Assembly (NCBI GenBank): GCA_012862495.1 | Contig: BLSG01000216.1 | Location: 108,378 to 151,032, forward strand | DNA length: 42,655 nucleotides | From: Thraustochytrium aureum | Lineage: Eukaryota | Reading direction: 5' to 3' | Shown: positions 24,601-36,600 of the stretch, piece by piece | How positions within the stretch are numbered: the first letter of the stretch is position 1 | Layout of the letters: each line of letters opens with the position of its first letter | Translations under genes and position numbers: made by a program | Notes under the pieces: model-generated | The model's input: only the letters and a program-made list of their open reading frames with translations | The model's database searches: none | Told to the model about the DNA's origin: nothing

Positions 24601-24914
24601 TTCGCGTCCCACTCTCCTGCAGTGCCGTCAATCAGAAGCTCCTGACTTATTTGTGGGGATTGTTCTGTGCTGCCGCTGAGGGCTACCACCAGTCCTGCGG
24701 CGGCAGCGGCGACCAGAGAAAGCGCGCCAACGATGAGGGCAGCGCTTCGTAGGCGCCGCCTCTTTCTACCATCTCGAAGCTCGGCTTTGATGTCGAGCGC
24801 TTCGCCGCCCAGCGCCGCTGGACTCGCGTGCTTGACTGCCTTGCCTTGCACCATCGACACTGTGGGCCTAGTCGAGGGCGGTCCCGTCGCCCCAACGGGG
24901 AGCTCGCGCGGCAT
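21636..24914 (-). CDS. Polysaccharide deacetylase-like multidomain membrane protein, paralog 1, 1092 aa
   Basis: First ATG at 24914. N-terminal TM after RKRRRLR; a beta-sandwich-like domain (IYFDVDQNKETG); an alpha/beta domain (QAGIPHDRV..YRVLVIPY); CE4/NodB-like motifs MRNDVD, EIGSHSFNHP and WPVHDYG; C-terminal TM. Confidence 0.75.
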   Translation of the reverse strand: MPRELPVGATGPPSTRPTVSMVQGKAVKHASPAALGGEALDIKAELRDGRKRRRLRSAALIVGALSLVAAAAAGLVVALSGSTEQSPQISQELLIDGTAGEWDAKTRLHPPFWKQPSSKSAGLFATFDAATDRYFFFVHATEGAEIDRSTSAIYFDVDQNKETGTLDDRYFAPKGYEVYILLGGAGAADPPSLWRGCPPLARGFNSSCAEKLETLRADDFALVPAQNGVELSFSRDLLVNATGWRGSADLDLSLHLQQKGASKPAEVVAPDFFLDAYAFYADLGDQVACVETAEVRGAVVFSNHTRERFFSDLSYSQLFMSMQNQMFQAGIPHDRVYIEELLDVNRFCHYRVLVIPYLAYVDKRIWAKLRKSLFLLIHVHGVGLVTSGDFVTNDVVTEDPLPGDPYHVSESLLGIGDDSPVFYNHSGRSQIRVKDVTDMFHDQRLNELLMDESLAGPYSNMYVRPPGSTFEVRTIASQTFPVDEDVVTRNAILASRLPMSPITGRPSGTIIHFSTIEVLANSDFVWRAAQLVVSEYAGRGALGRGAAKFGVQMTRMDSIFFMRNDVDQSMYNTQAVALEPKLLSDFVRPWYERWGVVGSYYVNVGDEPAKGKFTDWNFSRPLYQEYIAIENEIGSHSFNHPHNINAPGVDLEYEFNQAQLAIMGNMSLPRLGTAQPGAGDTLATAYKVQKFKKTTYWSGGFSGVGAGYPGGFGFLNADPGTMVYLAPNMYFDFTLSQWLKLPPEESEEIWLDQFRQLTRFANCQILLWPVHDYGPTRYFFDGKNSFFNSTLYTESMFESLLALAYNSSTEFVTGMALSDRIRTFDATQLLVERVGDHQYNVTVEAGSVPHVPEPSLGHFALSIHKTQRILSAGGHFAFRSNKVFLPRQGGTFSITTGPARPPGKAADSGGDSDVGFKLAFDSDTSEPGLDVTRIVSLAMRMDLVSVVGDGASLSFQVQGHGKVKVILSSIHARAGCVSLDNATQDLVGPNGTATLTWVEDGAALEFWFREIGLHHVSLLACELERPQSITLSPTMSTEQRAEPFPVIPVAAGGGGFVFLAILVFAVFKVKSKIEDRKAKVALRTLSNADLLL

Positions 24915-25622
24915 GGCGCTGCCACGAGGCGTCGCTCGCTGCCCAGTCCTGCCGGTTGCGTCGTGCGTGGCGATCGATCTTCGTTGGCAAAGCCTTGGGC
25001 CGGACCGCAACCTCGCGACGATTGTTGACTACGCTGTCAGCCGGCGCCAAACGCTGATGAGCGAGCGCAGCGCCGAGCCGAAAAGGGTGTAGCGAGCCGA
25101 ACTTGGACTGCGCAGACGCGATTCTGCGCCGCCCACTGTACGCCTTGTGCACGGCTGTGAGGCAGGGGCGAGATTCTTGAGTATTGCGTCGGACCAATTC
25201 TCGCGAGCAGGCAGAGGTGAGCTGCAATGAAAAGCCCCCGCTCGCTTGCCTGGCCGAGCGCTCGGGCTGCGCGAGCGCCGCCTACCGCTCCTGCGGAAGA
25301 GCAATCCTGCGGAATAGGTATGGTTGGCTACCCGGGCCTCCTCCACCCTGGTCTTCTGCCGAGGTGGTGGCGCTTGCGGCGTGGTTTGGTACCTCACGCC
25401 GCCTTGATCCCGAGCGCATTCGCTTGCTCAGCTGCAGCCATCGTAGCAATTCACGCGCTGGTCACACGGACGTCGCTCAACTCGCTCAATCAGCGCTTGG
25501 TTCGCAACGTCTCATCGAGCCGCCGCAGCGCAGTTTCGCCATTCGAAAGGGCGTGCGTGCGCATCCCTTCTCCCATCCGAGTGGCCGCGACGTACACACT
25601 GAACTTGTTCGTTGTGCTCCGC

Positions 25623-25733
25623 GCCAGGGCACGACTCGTTGCTCGCTGGAGCCAGGGCACGACTCGTTGCTCGCTGGAGCCAGGGCACGACTCGTTGCTC
25701 GCTGGAGCCAGGGCACGACTCGTTGCTCGCTGG
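25623..25733. repeat. 28-bp tandem repeat x4 (GCCAGGGCACGACTCGTTGCTCGCTGGA)
   Basis: Three exact copies plus a fourth of 27 nt, with no spacers. Confidence 0.95.
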
Positions 25734-26147
25734 TCGTGGTGGTGGTCGTGTGTCAATGCAACCCTCCGGCATGTCCGGGGCTCCTCGGGGACCTCGACGG
25801 TATTGGGGCTGCGCGATCTCCAGCTTGGGCTTGCGGAGGCTTTGGTCGCGTGTCATCAGCGAGGTGCGATGCGAAAAAGAGCAAGTGCGCCGGTCCGGCC
25901 AAGCCTGCGACGGATACTTGTCGTCGTCCACATTAGGCTTGGGGAAGGTCCTGGGCCAGGTTGTAGTGACGCACGCTCTCGTCGACCATGCACAGTCGCA
26001 AAGCCGATACTTGCATAGTTGCTGGCTAGAACGTGCTGTGCCGCTGGTGCGGCAGAACCCAAAAGCAAAGACGCAATCCGGACGCGCAAGCTCTTGTCAA
26101 CCGATTGCTCCACACAAAGCCAGCAAGCAAAGCACATCTCAGACAGA

Positions 26148-26933
26148 ATGAAGCCTGAGCTTGGCGCGTTTGCTGTGTGTCTGAGCGCCATAGTGGCCAC
26201 CGCCGCGGCGCAGACGCCTGGAAATTGCAGCTTGGCAGTGGACTCGTTTTTCTACGGCGACGTATCAGGCGAGAACGCTGTTTTCAGCCAAGACAACCCG
26301 TGCTTTTGCTCGGACGACCCCAGCACAGACACCGGTGCTTTTCGGTTCCAAGCGTGCTCTGCGAGCAATGCCTGCTCATCTGCCTGCCAAGCGAGCATCA
26401 ACGACATGTTTGCCTCGTGCAGCGGCGTCGGCGACTTTGCGTATCGCGACGACCTGGCGCGCAAGTTTTCGCCAGGGTTTATTTACGCCGAAGCGTACCA
26501 AGGCCTTGGTTCTTGCGAGTGGCCGTACAAACCGACGAAGTGCGATGTGGCGATCAAGAAGCTGGTCGCTCACTCGCCGCACCCTGACCTGTTTGCGCAG
26601 CTGGAGGACCCGAAACAGTCTGCATGCATCGCTTCCCTCAACGCAGGTGAGTGCTCTGAAGCGTGTGAGAGCATGCTTGCAGACACGCTCAATGCGTGCC
26701 AAGGCTCCGAGTGGGCCCCAATCGGTGCGTTCGAGGAGGAGATCGGGGTCGTGCGCGCCTTTGATGCCAACGACAGGTTGACGCGCGACGTGCTCATTGG
26801 CGTCCTTTCCGACGCCTGCCAAGACCGGTACAACAAGATCGTCGCTGGGACGGCCAGCGCAGCGACGCAACTTGGTATTTCTGGGCTCTTATCGCTCCTT
26901 GTCGCCGCTGTGCACGGCGGGTTGGGCCTCTAG
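26148..26933 (+). CDS. Secreted Cys-rich, probably GPI-anchored protein with an internal duplication, 261 aa
   Basis: Signal peptide MKPELGAFAVCLSAIVATAAA|Q; two CSxAC-x10-C modules; C-terminal ASAA followed by hydrophobic LGISGLLSLLVAAV. Confidence 0.8.
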   Translation: MKPELGAFAVCLSAIVATAAAQTPGNCSLAVDSFFYGDVSGENAVFSQDNPCFCSDDPSTDTGAFRFQACSASNACSSACQASINDMFASCSGVGDFAYRDDLARKFSPGFIYAEAYQGLGSCEWPYKPTKCDVAIKKLVAHSPHPDLFAQLEDPKQSACIASLNAGECSEACESMLADTLNACQGSEWAPIGAFEEEIGVVRAFDANDRLTRDVLIGVLSDACQDRYNKIVAGTASAATQLGISGLLSLLVAAVHGGLGL

Positions 26934-27260
26934 CCCGTCATCCAGCGAGGCGCGAGGTCGCAGGCAGAACCTGCCGAGTTTGCGGCAAGTGCCCTTTCGA
27001 GTAGGAAAGCGCGTGTCCAACTGCGATGTGTTGAGGCCATGTTTTGCCGCTGGCGGCGAGTCTCTGAGCCTCCCCAACGCCCGTTGCTCGATATTGCCCC
27101 GTTTGCGATTTGCGAGGCAGCAAGCCAGCCTTCCGCTCCTGGTCCCTGATGACACAAGGTAGAGCACTTTCTCCAGAGCAATATTTTCATCAATTGCAGG
27201 CTACATTTTAAAAAGTAAAGTACTGTACGGCACAGGCACTTGCGCGCGCGCCCCGTCCAC

Positions 27261-30200
27261 TCACGGGTTGACTTGGGGCGGGCTGACGTCATTCACCAAG
27301 AAAGCTCCCTTTCGGAGCTGGAAGAGAGCAAATCCGGCCATGCCAACAAGCAGAAAGCCGCTCATGGCCGAGCCGCCGACCGTGCGCGAAACAGCGATTG
27401 TGGGAAAGGCAGTGGGCGAAGCCGTCGTCGGAGACGTGGACGGCGCCCCGGTGTTGCGGAAAACCGAGATCTCATGCTCCCCTTCCGCCTCGACGGTAAT
27501 CGAGTAAATGGTCGCGTTGCCCACGGGATACTGGAACTTTACGATTTCGCTTGGGGACATGACGTCGACCTCGGCAAGAACGGCGGGGTTGACGTTGACG
27601 AGAATCTCGCCCGCCCCGTGCACCGTGAACCGCATGTACTCGCCGTCTCCCCAGACCTCGACAAGGCGCATCCGCGGCGGCAGCATCGTGATGCGCGTGC
27701 AGTTAATGTCAGAGACATCCGCCGTGGTCGTGGTGACGTCAAAGGTGCCCGGGGCATCGGACAGGAAGACGCGGTCCTCGTTCCAGGCATACCAGGAGGC
27801 GACAGACTTTATGATTCGGCGCTCGCGGGAAAGCTGGTGCAGCTTGAGCGACATGTAGCCGAAGGACAGTTCTGCGGCGCTGTCGGCCTTCGCCTCCACC
27901 GTGTACGTGACCGAGCCGTCTTGGCGGTCCACGACATGCAGGGACTCGACCGCGTCGAAGGCGCGCACTCGGTCGTGAAAGTCCATCGCCGTCAAGAATT
28001 CGGAGCCCGCTTCGGCAGCCTTTGCGATGACCGTGCGGTATGGGAGCTCTGCGTACTCGAAAGGGTTTTCGCCCGCGAGGCCAACTTGGAGCGAGAAATC
28101 GGCCGGGCCATAGTCATGCACGACAAAGTGCATGTAGTGAAAGTTGGAAGTCCTGGTTGCCTGCTCCAGCTGCTGGATCCAAAAGCCGCTGGCCGAGTCC
28201 GCCGTGTTGAGCCAGACCTCGAACATGATGTCGTCGAGGTAAAAGTTGGGCGACATGTAGACGTAGTTCATGTCCGGCCGAAAGAAGCCGAAAGCGTTCG
28301 GGTACCCTGTGTTGAGAACGGAGAAGCCGGTAGAAACGTACGTGTCCACGAGGCTGTTGAGCGAGACCGCGGTCTCGAGCGTGATGGGCTCGCCCGGGAT
28401 GGCGTGGCCGACCCTTGGGATCGAGAGGTTGCCCGAAATGAACTCTGCTGCGACGCCAACCTCAAAGTCGATGTTGGCGTTGTTGATGTCACGAGGCGCT
28501 GTGTACGTGTTCGAGCCGACTTCACCGATCTCCGCAAAGCCCTTCCAGATCCCTTTCACCTTGTCCCACTCAGTGTACTCGCTCACGGACGCGTTGTTGC
28601 CGAGGCTGACAAAGTACGAGCACTTTGCGTTGTACGTTTCCAGCCAGGGGCGAGCGACATCGCGCAGGATGACCGGCTCGAGGGACCTGACGCGGTTGGA
28701 GTACTTTGACACGGCCATGTCCCAACGCGTGATGAAAACGCCGTCAAAGCGGCCTGGGTGCAGAGCGAGCAAGGTCGAGGTTTTTGGGCCATTGGTCGCA
28801 GTGAAGAGGTAGCGCGCAGCGCGCCACAACAGGTCAGCGTTGCCGATGAACGAGACCGAGCTGAAGTGCACAACGCGACCCGAGGCCGTCCCAAACGGGT
28901 TAAGCTCTGCGGGGAGCTGCGTTTCGGTGATTGCCGAGTGCGTATTCCAAACCTGTGTGTTTTCATCGAGCAGCTCGCTGCGTGCGAGAACCTCTCCGTT
29001 GAACGCGCTCGTCTTGTCGTGACCGTAGAGGGAGATGTAAGTCCCTGCGGCAGCGGCGTTTAGGATGGGCTCCGAGACGTTCATGTCCCAAAACATGGCG
29101 TTTTCGTCGCTGTTGGCGAAGACCAGCGCCTCGGACGCCTTTTGGAACCCAGTGCCCTCCTTGTTTATGCCAAGCATAGACTGCATAAGGAACGATGGGT
29201 TGCTGAACGTGCTGACCCCCGCCAGCTTGTGCTGCGTGAAGAATTCGCCGACAGTGATGATGTTGACGCCGAACTTGTGCACGAGCAGGAAAATGCTTTT
29301 CCGGATCTGGGGCCAGTCCGTTGGAGCGGCCCAGGCACTGTACGGGAAGACGATGAGCGAGTACTTGCAAGCCTGGCGCATGTCGAAGAGGTCCTGGAGG
29401 TTGAGTCGGTCGTGCGGGACGCCAGCCTGCACGAGTTGCGCTTGCTGGCTCATGTAGAGCTGGGCGTACGACACGTTGCTCCAGTAGCGGGTCTCGGCAG
29501 CGTCATTGTAAACGATTGCTGCGCGCTGGCCGGTGTTCAGATCTCTGCAGTAGTCGAATTCCGCGAGGTTGGAGTAGACCGGGTACCAGTCCAAAAAGTT
29601 TTCCGGCCGCTTCGCTAGGGTTTGCGACGCGCCTTGCGAGAGAAGGAACCTCATGGTGAGGGTGACGCCAATGTCACCGATGACGGGCATCTCGGCCAGA
29701 TCTGCAAGCAGCGAGCGCGCGACCCGGAACTCGACGGTTTGGGTGGCGGGGTCTTGCCGGTAGTCGCTAGTCGGGACCCTGTGCAGAATTTTGTTGCAAA
29801 TGATCCCCTTCATGTCTTGCCACGCAGGGCAGCCGGTCCGGACGGTTGGCTCGCCATTCAGCACGCCCGAGGTGAAGTCGAGGTGCAAGTAGAGTTCTGT
29901 ACCGCGCGGCAGCGCCACCGAGGTATTCGAGCCCGTTTCGCGGTCCTGGTCCAGGTTGAGAAAGAAGGCGCTGGGCCTGAGCATGTACGTTGTTCCGCGN
30001 NNNNNNNNNNNNNNNNNNNNNNNNNNNNNNNNNNNNNNNNNNNNNNNNNNNNNNNNNNNNNNNNNNNNNNNNNNNNNNNNNNNNNNNNNNNNNNNNNNNT
30101 TGTCCCACTTGGCGCGTACAATCGGCTCGTTCGCGTGCAAGTCCGCGTTGGCCCAGAACGGAGGATGAATCTGGTCGAGCATCTCGAAAGCCTCTGTCAG

Positions 30201-30573
30201 GAGCCCGGGGATCTTGGGTTGCTCGATGGGCGGCGGTGCGTCAGAGCCGGGGAGGAGTTGCACGGGCGGTTTGGTCTCGTGGCCGACGACATCGCTGTTG
30301 TCGGGGTTTGGCGTGACCGGGGGGGCGCTGGCGCTTGCACGCGAGCCACCGATGTCGCTGCTCAGGGTCAATCCCACGATCGCGACGGCGGCGAGGGCGA
30401 ACATGCCGACACCCGCGAGGACAGCGCGCGTGTGCCGTTTGAGCCACGGCTGGCGCTCGCCCCTCGACGGCGAAAAGGCCGTCGTGCATGAGCGACTCGC
30501 CTGCAGGTCCCATGGTAGGCCCGGATGCGTCAGCCTCCTCCTTGACGACCACAGGCGCGAACGGGGCTTGCAT
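27261..30573 (-). CDS. Polysaccharide deacetylase-like paralog 2, catalytic motifs degenerate; N gap at 30000-30099; probable 1-nt frameshift at 30460-30463
   Basis: Collinear with paralog 1 (QIHPPFW, LNLDQDRETG, SYAQLYMSQQAQLVQAGVPHDR, GRVVHF, GYPNAFGF, VHDYGP), with N- and C-terminal TMs. The start at 30573 (MQAPFAP) needs one G removed; otherwise the first in-frame ATG lies inside the TM. Confidence 0.75.
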
Positions 30574-31336
30574 CGCACGCTTTCTGCGCGGCTCTGTGCG
30601 TGGTGGTGCCGCTTGGCCGCTTCGACCGCTGGCCGCGTCGCTGGCTAGATGGGCCTTGCCCGTGGAGTCGGGGCCGTCACGCACGTGTGCTTTGGGCAAG
30701 GGGTTTGCTTCCGCCCACATTCGACGTGGGCAAGCTCGCAGGAGGGCTGCTGGCTGGCTGCTCGTGTAAAGCGAAAATCACCAGCCTGATGCGTGTCCAG
30801 TTGTTTGAGTGGTGAGCACGCACACCTGCGAAGGTTGTGCAGCTCCTCGCATTCCACTCTGCGTCTCCCGAGTCTGAGAGCAAGCTAGCTGGGGGAGGGA
30901 GGGTAGGAGGAGGTGGGAGGGTGCTTGGGAGGAGGGCGCTCAGACCTCCTCCTCCGGCTCTGCTCAGCTCGTGCCAGCGCGGCGTCGCGCTTTCGGGCCG
31001 CTCGGCCGTCCATCGAGCACAGGGATCCAGCGGCTGCCTCGCTCGAAAACAGCGCACGTGAAAGCCCAAAACACGAAAATGAAGGTCGAGCAGGTAAGAA
31101 CTCTGCCTTGCTCGAGTGGACTTTCGTTGATCGAAATGCACAAATCTGTTCTGACGCTCACACATCGCTCACGTCCGTCTGGACTTCTCAGCAGTGGAGG
31201 ACGGAGAGCTCACAGCCTGACTGACGTGCCGAGAGAGTGCAAAGAGCGAGCCAGCGGAAAGTGGACGTGGGGAATGTGGCTCTTTCCTGTCTCTCATCAG
31301 GTGCAGCGCGCACACCTTTCGCTTCCAAAAGGCTCG

Positions 31337-31717
31337 GCGAACGGCGAGCAGCGCGGCGCAACGAGCAGTGTGGTGGTGTCCACCACCGTGACGGTCTGCC
31401 GTGCGTACGTCTTGTGAAGTTGTGCGGCCACTAGATGAACAGCTTTGGGCAAATTTGAAGGGAAATATGTATCGCGGAGAAACGAAACTGCCCCGGAGGA
31501 TCCTCTTTCTGAGGCGAGAGACTCGGAGACGTTCGGTTTAGCGAACGGAGAGCGGCGCGGCGCAGCGAGCAGTGCGGCGTCCACCACGGTCTGCCGTGCG
31601 TACGTCTTGTGAACTTGTGAGGCCACTTGATGAACAGCTTTGGGCAAATTTGAAGGGAAATATGTATCGCGGAGAAACGAAACTGCCCCGGAGGATCCCT
31701 TCCTGAGGCGAGGGACT
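31337..31717. repeat. Direct repeat of about 180-190 bp x2 (31337-31523, 31541-31717)
   Basis: Identical core GATGAACAGCTTTGGGCAAATTTGAAGGGAAATATGTATCGCGGAGAAACGAAACTGCCCCGGAGGATCC in both copies. Confidence 0.95.
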
Positions 31718-32764
31718 TTCTGAAGGCTTTCGTTGGCAGCGGACGTTTCGCCGCTCGACGGCCGCGTGTCTGGCGCGCGCAACCTTCTCGGTCGCCCTCG
31801 CAAAGAAACAGCGCCAGTGCGTGAGTGGGTCCAGCCCGAAACGAGTCAATCGGACAGAAAACGAAAACCGTGACGCGAGCGATTCGCCAATCCGCCTCGC
31901 AGACGACCGACAAGACGGTCAATCGACATGGCGGTCGCCGTCGCGATTGCGGGTTAAAGCGCGCAACCCACCCGACGTGCTAATCTAGGGCGTGCGTGCT
32001 CCTGCTGTTGTTCGCCTTTGCTGGCTTCTACGGTTCGACACGCCACGCCGCTCGGGGTGCGCCCAGCGTCACGTGCAGCGGTTGTGCTGGAAATTTCTGG
32101 GCCAGCCCACGAATCTGTCCTGATGAACGAGCTCCAGGCTCCGCGGAGAAGTTGGTGGACGCGATTGAACCACGCGACACGCGATGTGCTGCGCTCCCCC
32201 TGACGCACCAGTGGATCCGGCCCGGGGTCTCAGCCCACCCACTCAACTCGCTTTCCTCCTCTCGAGTCCGCCCATCGCCTTGGAGGCCTTTGAGGAGCCA
32301 GTCAGTCCTCTGTTTGACCAAGTCGGATCCTCCGTTCAGCTGCTTGCCTGCCAGGACTGTGACGACAAAAGCTCGATCTCGCGAGCTGCTGAGAGACAGA
32401 CCCATGGCCGGGGAAGTCTGCCGCGCGTGAGCGTCCACGCTACCACCCAGGCTGCACTCGTTTGATGGGTCTCCACCGCGCATGCGAGCGAGGCAGCGAG
32501 GAGGTTGCCTCATCACAGTGTAGTCGCAGCACGAGTTTGCACGAGTTTGCACGACAACCACTTTCGAACTTCTTGCTCCACGACGCTGGAGCCGACCCCT
32601 CCGGCGCCACAAACCGGCCTGCACAGCATCGCGTTGCAATGAGCGAGAGCCAGAGATCGCAGCAGGCAGGCCTCTCCGGCCTCCAGCGTCAAGCAGTCCT
32701 TGGCAGCCCGACCGCGGGCACACAGACAGCATGCAAAGCGGTGAAGCGGTGCACGCCACATCCG

Positions 32765-32860
32765 ACTCACTAGCTCACCCACTCACCCACTCACTCATCA
32801 TCAACTCACTCCCTCGCTCGCTCGCCCGCTCGCTCGCTCAGACCACCCACTCACTCACTT
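32765..32860. repeat. Imperfect (CACT)n/(CGCT)n microsatellite
   Basis: Read directly. Confidence 0.7.
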
Positions 32861-33624
32861 GCTCCTGCTCCCTCCGCGTGCACACGAACTCCGAGCTCGC
32901 TCGCCGGTCAGTCAGCCAGTTCATGGCATCATGATTGCATCAGTTCAGACGGAATGTGCACCGTGGCGGCCAAAGAAACTTCACCCTTCACCACCTGACC
33001 ACTTCCGAGTCAGCCTTGTCGCCAGCGTCTTCAAGTTGATTGAACAAGAAACAAAGCCTCCGGCTCGCACCCGCCCATGGCTTGCACACTTGCACGACAG
33101 CGAGCGCCAGGCTGAGAGGCATCGCAGCACCACCTTCGGCGGCCTCACAGGCGCCGCCGGTGTGCGCGGCGGCCGCAGGAGGCGGCGGAGGAGGAGGATG
33201 CATGTCTTGACACCCGTGCTCCACAGGCCTCACAGTTTCGTATCCGGAAGGAGGAAGAGGGGAACACCGATTGTTGCCCAGACGCCAGGGTCGCTGGAAT
33301 CCCGAGTCGCGGCAGAGCATCGAACGGCGGGTGCGACTGGCGGCGCGACTGGCGGAGGGCGTGCTTTGCTCTGCGTTGAGGAGCGGCGGCGCGCTGCGCT
33401 CAGGCTTCATCTTCATCTTCACCATCATACTCGCACTCCGCGCGGCACCGATTCCAGGCGGCATCGGTTGCAGCACGATCGATCGTGGTTGCGTCGTGCG
33501 TGCCTTTGCGTGCCTGCGTGCCTGCGGTCGTGAGCGTGTTGGAGGGCCTGGGAACGACGCCTTGTTGGCTCGTCGGAGCCCCGGAGGTCCGGCTCTGCGA
33601 AGGCGCGCGAAAAGGTAAGGACAC

Positions 33625-36600
33625 ATGGGGGGGGATTCCGCGCTCTCCGTTGTGGGCATGCCGCCGACGGAGCCGGCGGCGGGCCAGGCAGGCGCAGGTG
33701 GCTCGGCGCGTGTTGGTGCGAAGCGAATCGTTGCGGCCGCGGTCGCCGGGGTCGTCGCTCTCGCTGCCATCGTTGGCGTCGTAGTGGCGGTGAACAGCAT
33801 GGGGCCGGGCAGCTCCCCGAGCGGCGCTGCCACCGCCTCAGACCTTGTCGGGCGGAAAGAGCAGACAACATGGAACGCCTACGACAAGCTCTACCCCCAA
33901 ATTCACCGCTTGGCGCCATCCAACTCGTCGCAGGTTTTTGGCAAAGTGCAGGACGGGTACTTTCACTTTAAAATTGCGCCGCCGCCGGGCGCGCAGCTCG
34001 AGGACTCGATTCTGTGGCTCAACCTCGACGAGTCCCGCCTGACCTCCATTGAAACGGAGGGGTACTACATGCCCAACGGCACCGACGTGTTTGTCTTTGT
34101 CAGCATGGTAGATGGAGAGGTGAACGCGATCCAACAGCCCTCGGTTGAGGATGGGTGCCCCCCCGAGGGCGAGGAGCAGTGCAGACGACGCCTATTCAAC
34201 ATTTCCCTGAGCGACACCGCCGTTATCGACAATGCCCTTGAGCTCCGCATCAGCATCGATGAGCTTGAGAGCTTTTGGCAGGGCAGCCTGAACACGCAGA
34301 CCGACATTGGCGTGAGCGCCCTGATCAAGTTCAGCGTGGACGGCAAGAGTGGGGCGGACCCGCTGCCTCCCTTCTACCAGGACTGGATGCCCGTTTTCGC
34401 TGGCATCTCCTCCATGCCCGAATGCTCGAACGGGGACCAAGTGCGCGCTGCCGTCATCTTCAGCCAGGACTCGCAAGACAACTTTTTCAACAACAAGAGC
34501 TACGCGCAGCTGTTCATGTCGATGCAGTCCCAGCTCTTCCAGGCCGGAATCCCGCACGACCGACTCACGTTCGACGACCTCCTCGACGTCGCAAAGCTGT
34601 GCGAATACGATCTGCTGGTCATTCCCTTTCTGTCGTACGTCGACGAGCTGAGGTGGCCGGAGCTGCGGCGCGCGCTCTTCTTCGCCACGCACTACTATGG
34701 CGTGGGTATCATCGCCTCAGGCGACTTTGCCGCGAATCGCGCCGACGACGGCAATGCGGTGGGCGGGGATCCGTACCACTTACAAGAGAGCATCCTCGGG
34801 GTGGGTGACGCCTCGCCCGTGGCGGCGAAGGTCCACTCCGTCAAGGTTGTGGTCAACTTTCCCGAGCAGACAACCGTGTTTGCAGGAATGGAGCACGGCG
34901 CCCTCATCATGGACGAGACCGTCCTCGGCAACCAGGTGAGCATGTACGAAGCCGGACCGGAGACCGCGTTCGAGGTCCAGTCGCTCGCCATGCAGCACCT
35001 CAAGTTCCTCGGCGAGGACAAATTGCGGTTGTACAGCGCCGTCCTGAGCTCTCAGCTTGCAGAAGAGCGCAACCCGTTCGGGCGCCGAAGCGGTCGCATT
35101 GTGCACTTTGCCTCGGTTGGCGTCATGGCCAACGTCGATTTAGTCTGGCGCGCCGCGCGCTGGGTCGTCAGCGGGTCGGGCGCCGCTGACAAGTCGTTTG
35201 GGCTTGTCCTGGGGCGCCAGTCCAGCCTGTTTTTCATGCGCAACGATTGCGACCAGTCCATGTTTCAGAGCGAGGCGGGAATCCTCGAGCCAGCATACAC
35301 CCAGATCTTGGCGGAGTGGTACAACGAGTTCAACTTTGTTGGTGCGCACTACATCAACGTGGGCGACAACGCCACAGACGGCCGCATCACGAATTGGGCC
35401 AATCTCAAGAGCACTGCATACTCGCTCTGGCTCAGGTTCGAGAGCGAGATCGGTTCGCACAGCATGAACCACCCGCACAACATCAACAACCTGAGCCACG
35501 CGGAGCTGACGTATGAGTTTGACGTGGCGCAGGGGCTACATCCTGCGAAACATGTCGGGAGGGACGATCGCGCCGAAACGCATAGGGACCGCCCAGCCAG
35601 GCGCCACCGAGGACCTTGACACATACTACTTTTTGGCCCAGTTTTTCGAAGACACGTACTGGAGCGGGGGGTACAGCGGCGTCGGCGCGGGCTACCCGAA
35701 CGCGTTCGGCTTCGCCTCGCCTTCAGGCCGCGAGCTGGGCGTCGGGGACGAAAGCTCGCCGGGCCCGGTGTACATGGCGCCCAACATGTTTTTCGACTTT
35801 TCTCTCAACGAGTTTAACGGGCTCAGTCCAGAGGAGGCGCTCGCGTTTTGGATGGACGAGCTTGCGTACCTCACAGGTCCGCTTGCCAATATGCCGATGA
35901 TCCACTGGCCAATCCACGACTATGGGCCGACCGACTGGGACGAGGAAGGCCTCAGGCTTGGCGGGAAGAACTTGTACTCTCGCGCGCAGTTCGACGAGGT
36001 GATCCGCACCGCGCACGGGAAGGACACCGAGTTTATCACGCCTATGCAGTTTTCCGACCGCATCCGCACCTTTGACAAAGCCGCGCTTTCCGTGAGCCAA
36101 ACTGCTCCAGGTGTTTACACGATCACGGTGCCAGAGGTTGCCGGCCGCTCGCTTGGGTCGATGGCGATCCAACTGCAAGATGCAGGAATCGGAAATGCAG
36201 TCATCGACTCTGTCGACGACTGGCCCGCGCACTCTGACACCAAGGTCTTTTTGCCTCGGAAAGGCGGCAGCTTCACCGTGCGCACCTCGGGGTCGGCCCG
36301 TGCCCCGGAGGATGCGAAGGTGCGAATTGCCAAGATCGGCATGAGAATGGAGCTCGTCAGCGTTTCAGGGGACGGTTCTGAGCTCGAGTTTAAGGTCAGG
36401 GGCCAGGGGGACGTGACCGTCCAGCTTGTGCCAGAGTATGCCGAGATGCAGATCTACGGTTTTCACGGGGCCAGCCATGTCAGGTACATTGGCTCGACTG
36501 CAGTGCTCTCCTTTTACGAGTTTGCGGAACACAACGCGAGGGTCACCGTGCTGCCCACTTCGGCGCCCACAACTGGAGCGCCGTCCACAACGCCGTCCGC

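Noticed and set aside
25623..25733. 28-bp repeats as a CRISPR array
   Set aside because: The copies are contiguous with no spacers, there are no cas genes, and the context is eukaryotic.
27240..28709. Long antisense ORFs (also 8688-9905 and 22251-23540)
   Set aside because: Shadow ORFs opposite GC3-rich genes, with no protein-like motifs.
31625..31700. Hammerhead ribozyme (TGATGA ... GAAAC)
   Set aside because: The core is TTGATGA or TAGATGA rather than CTGANGA, and stem II does not pair.
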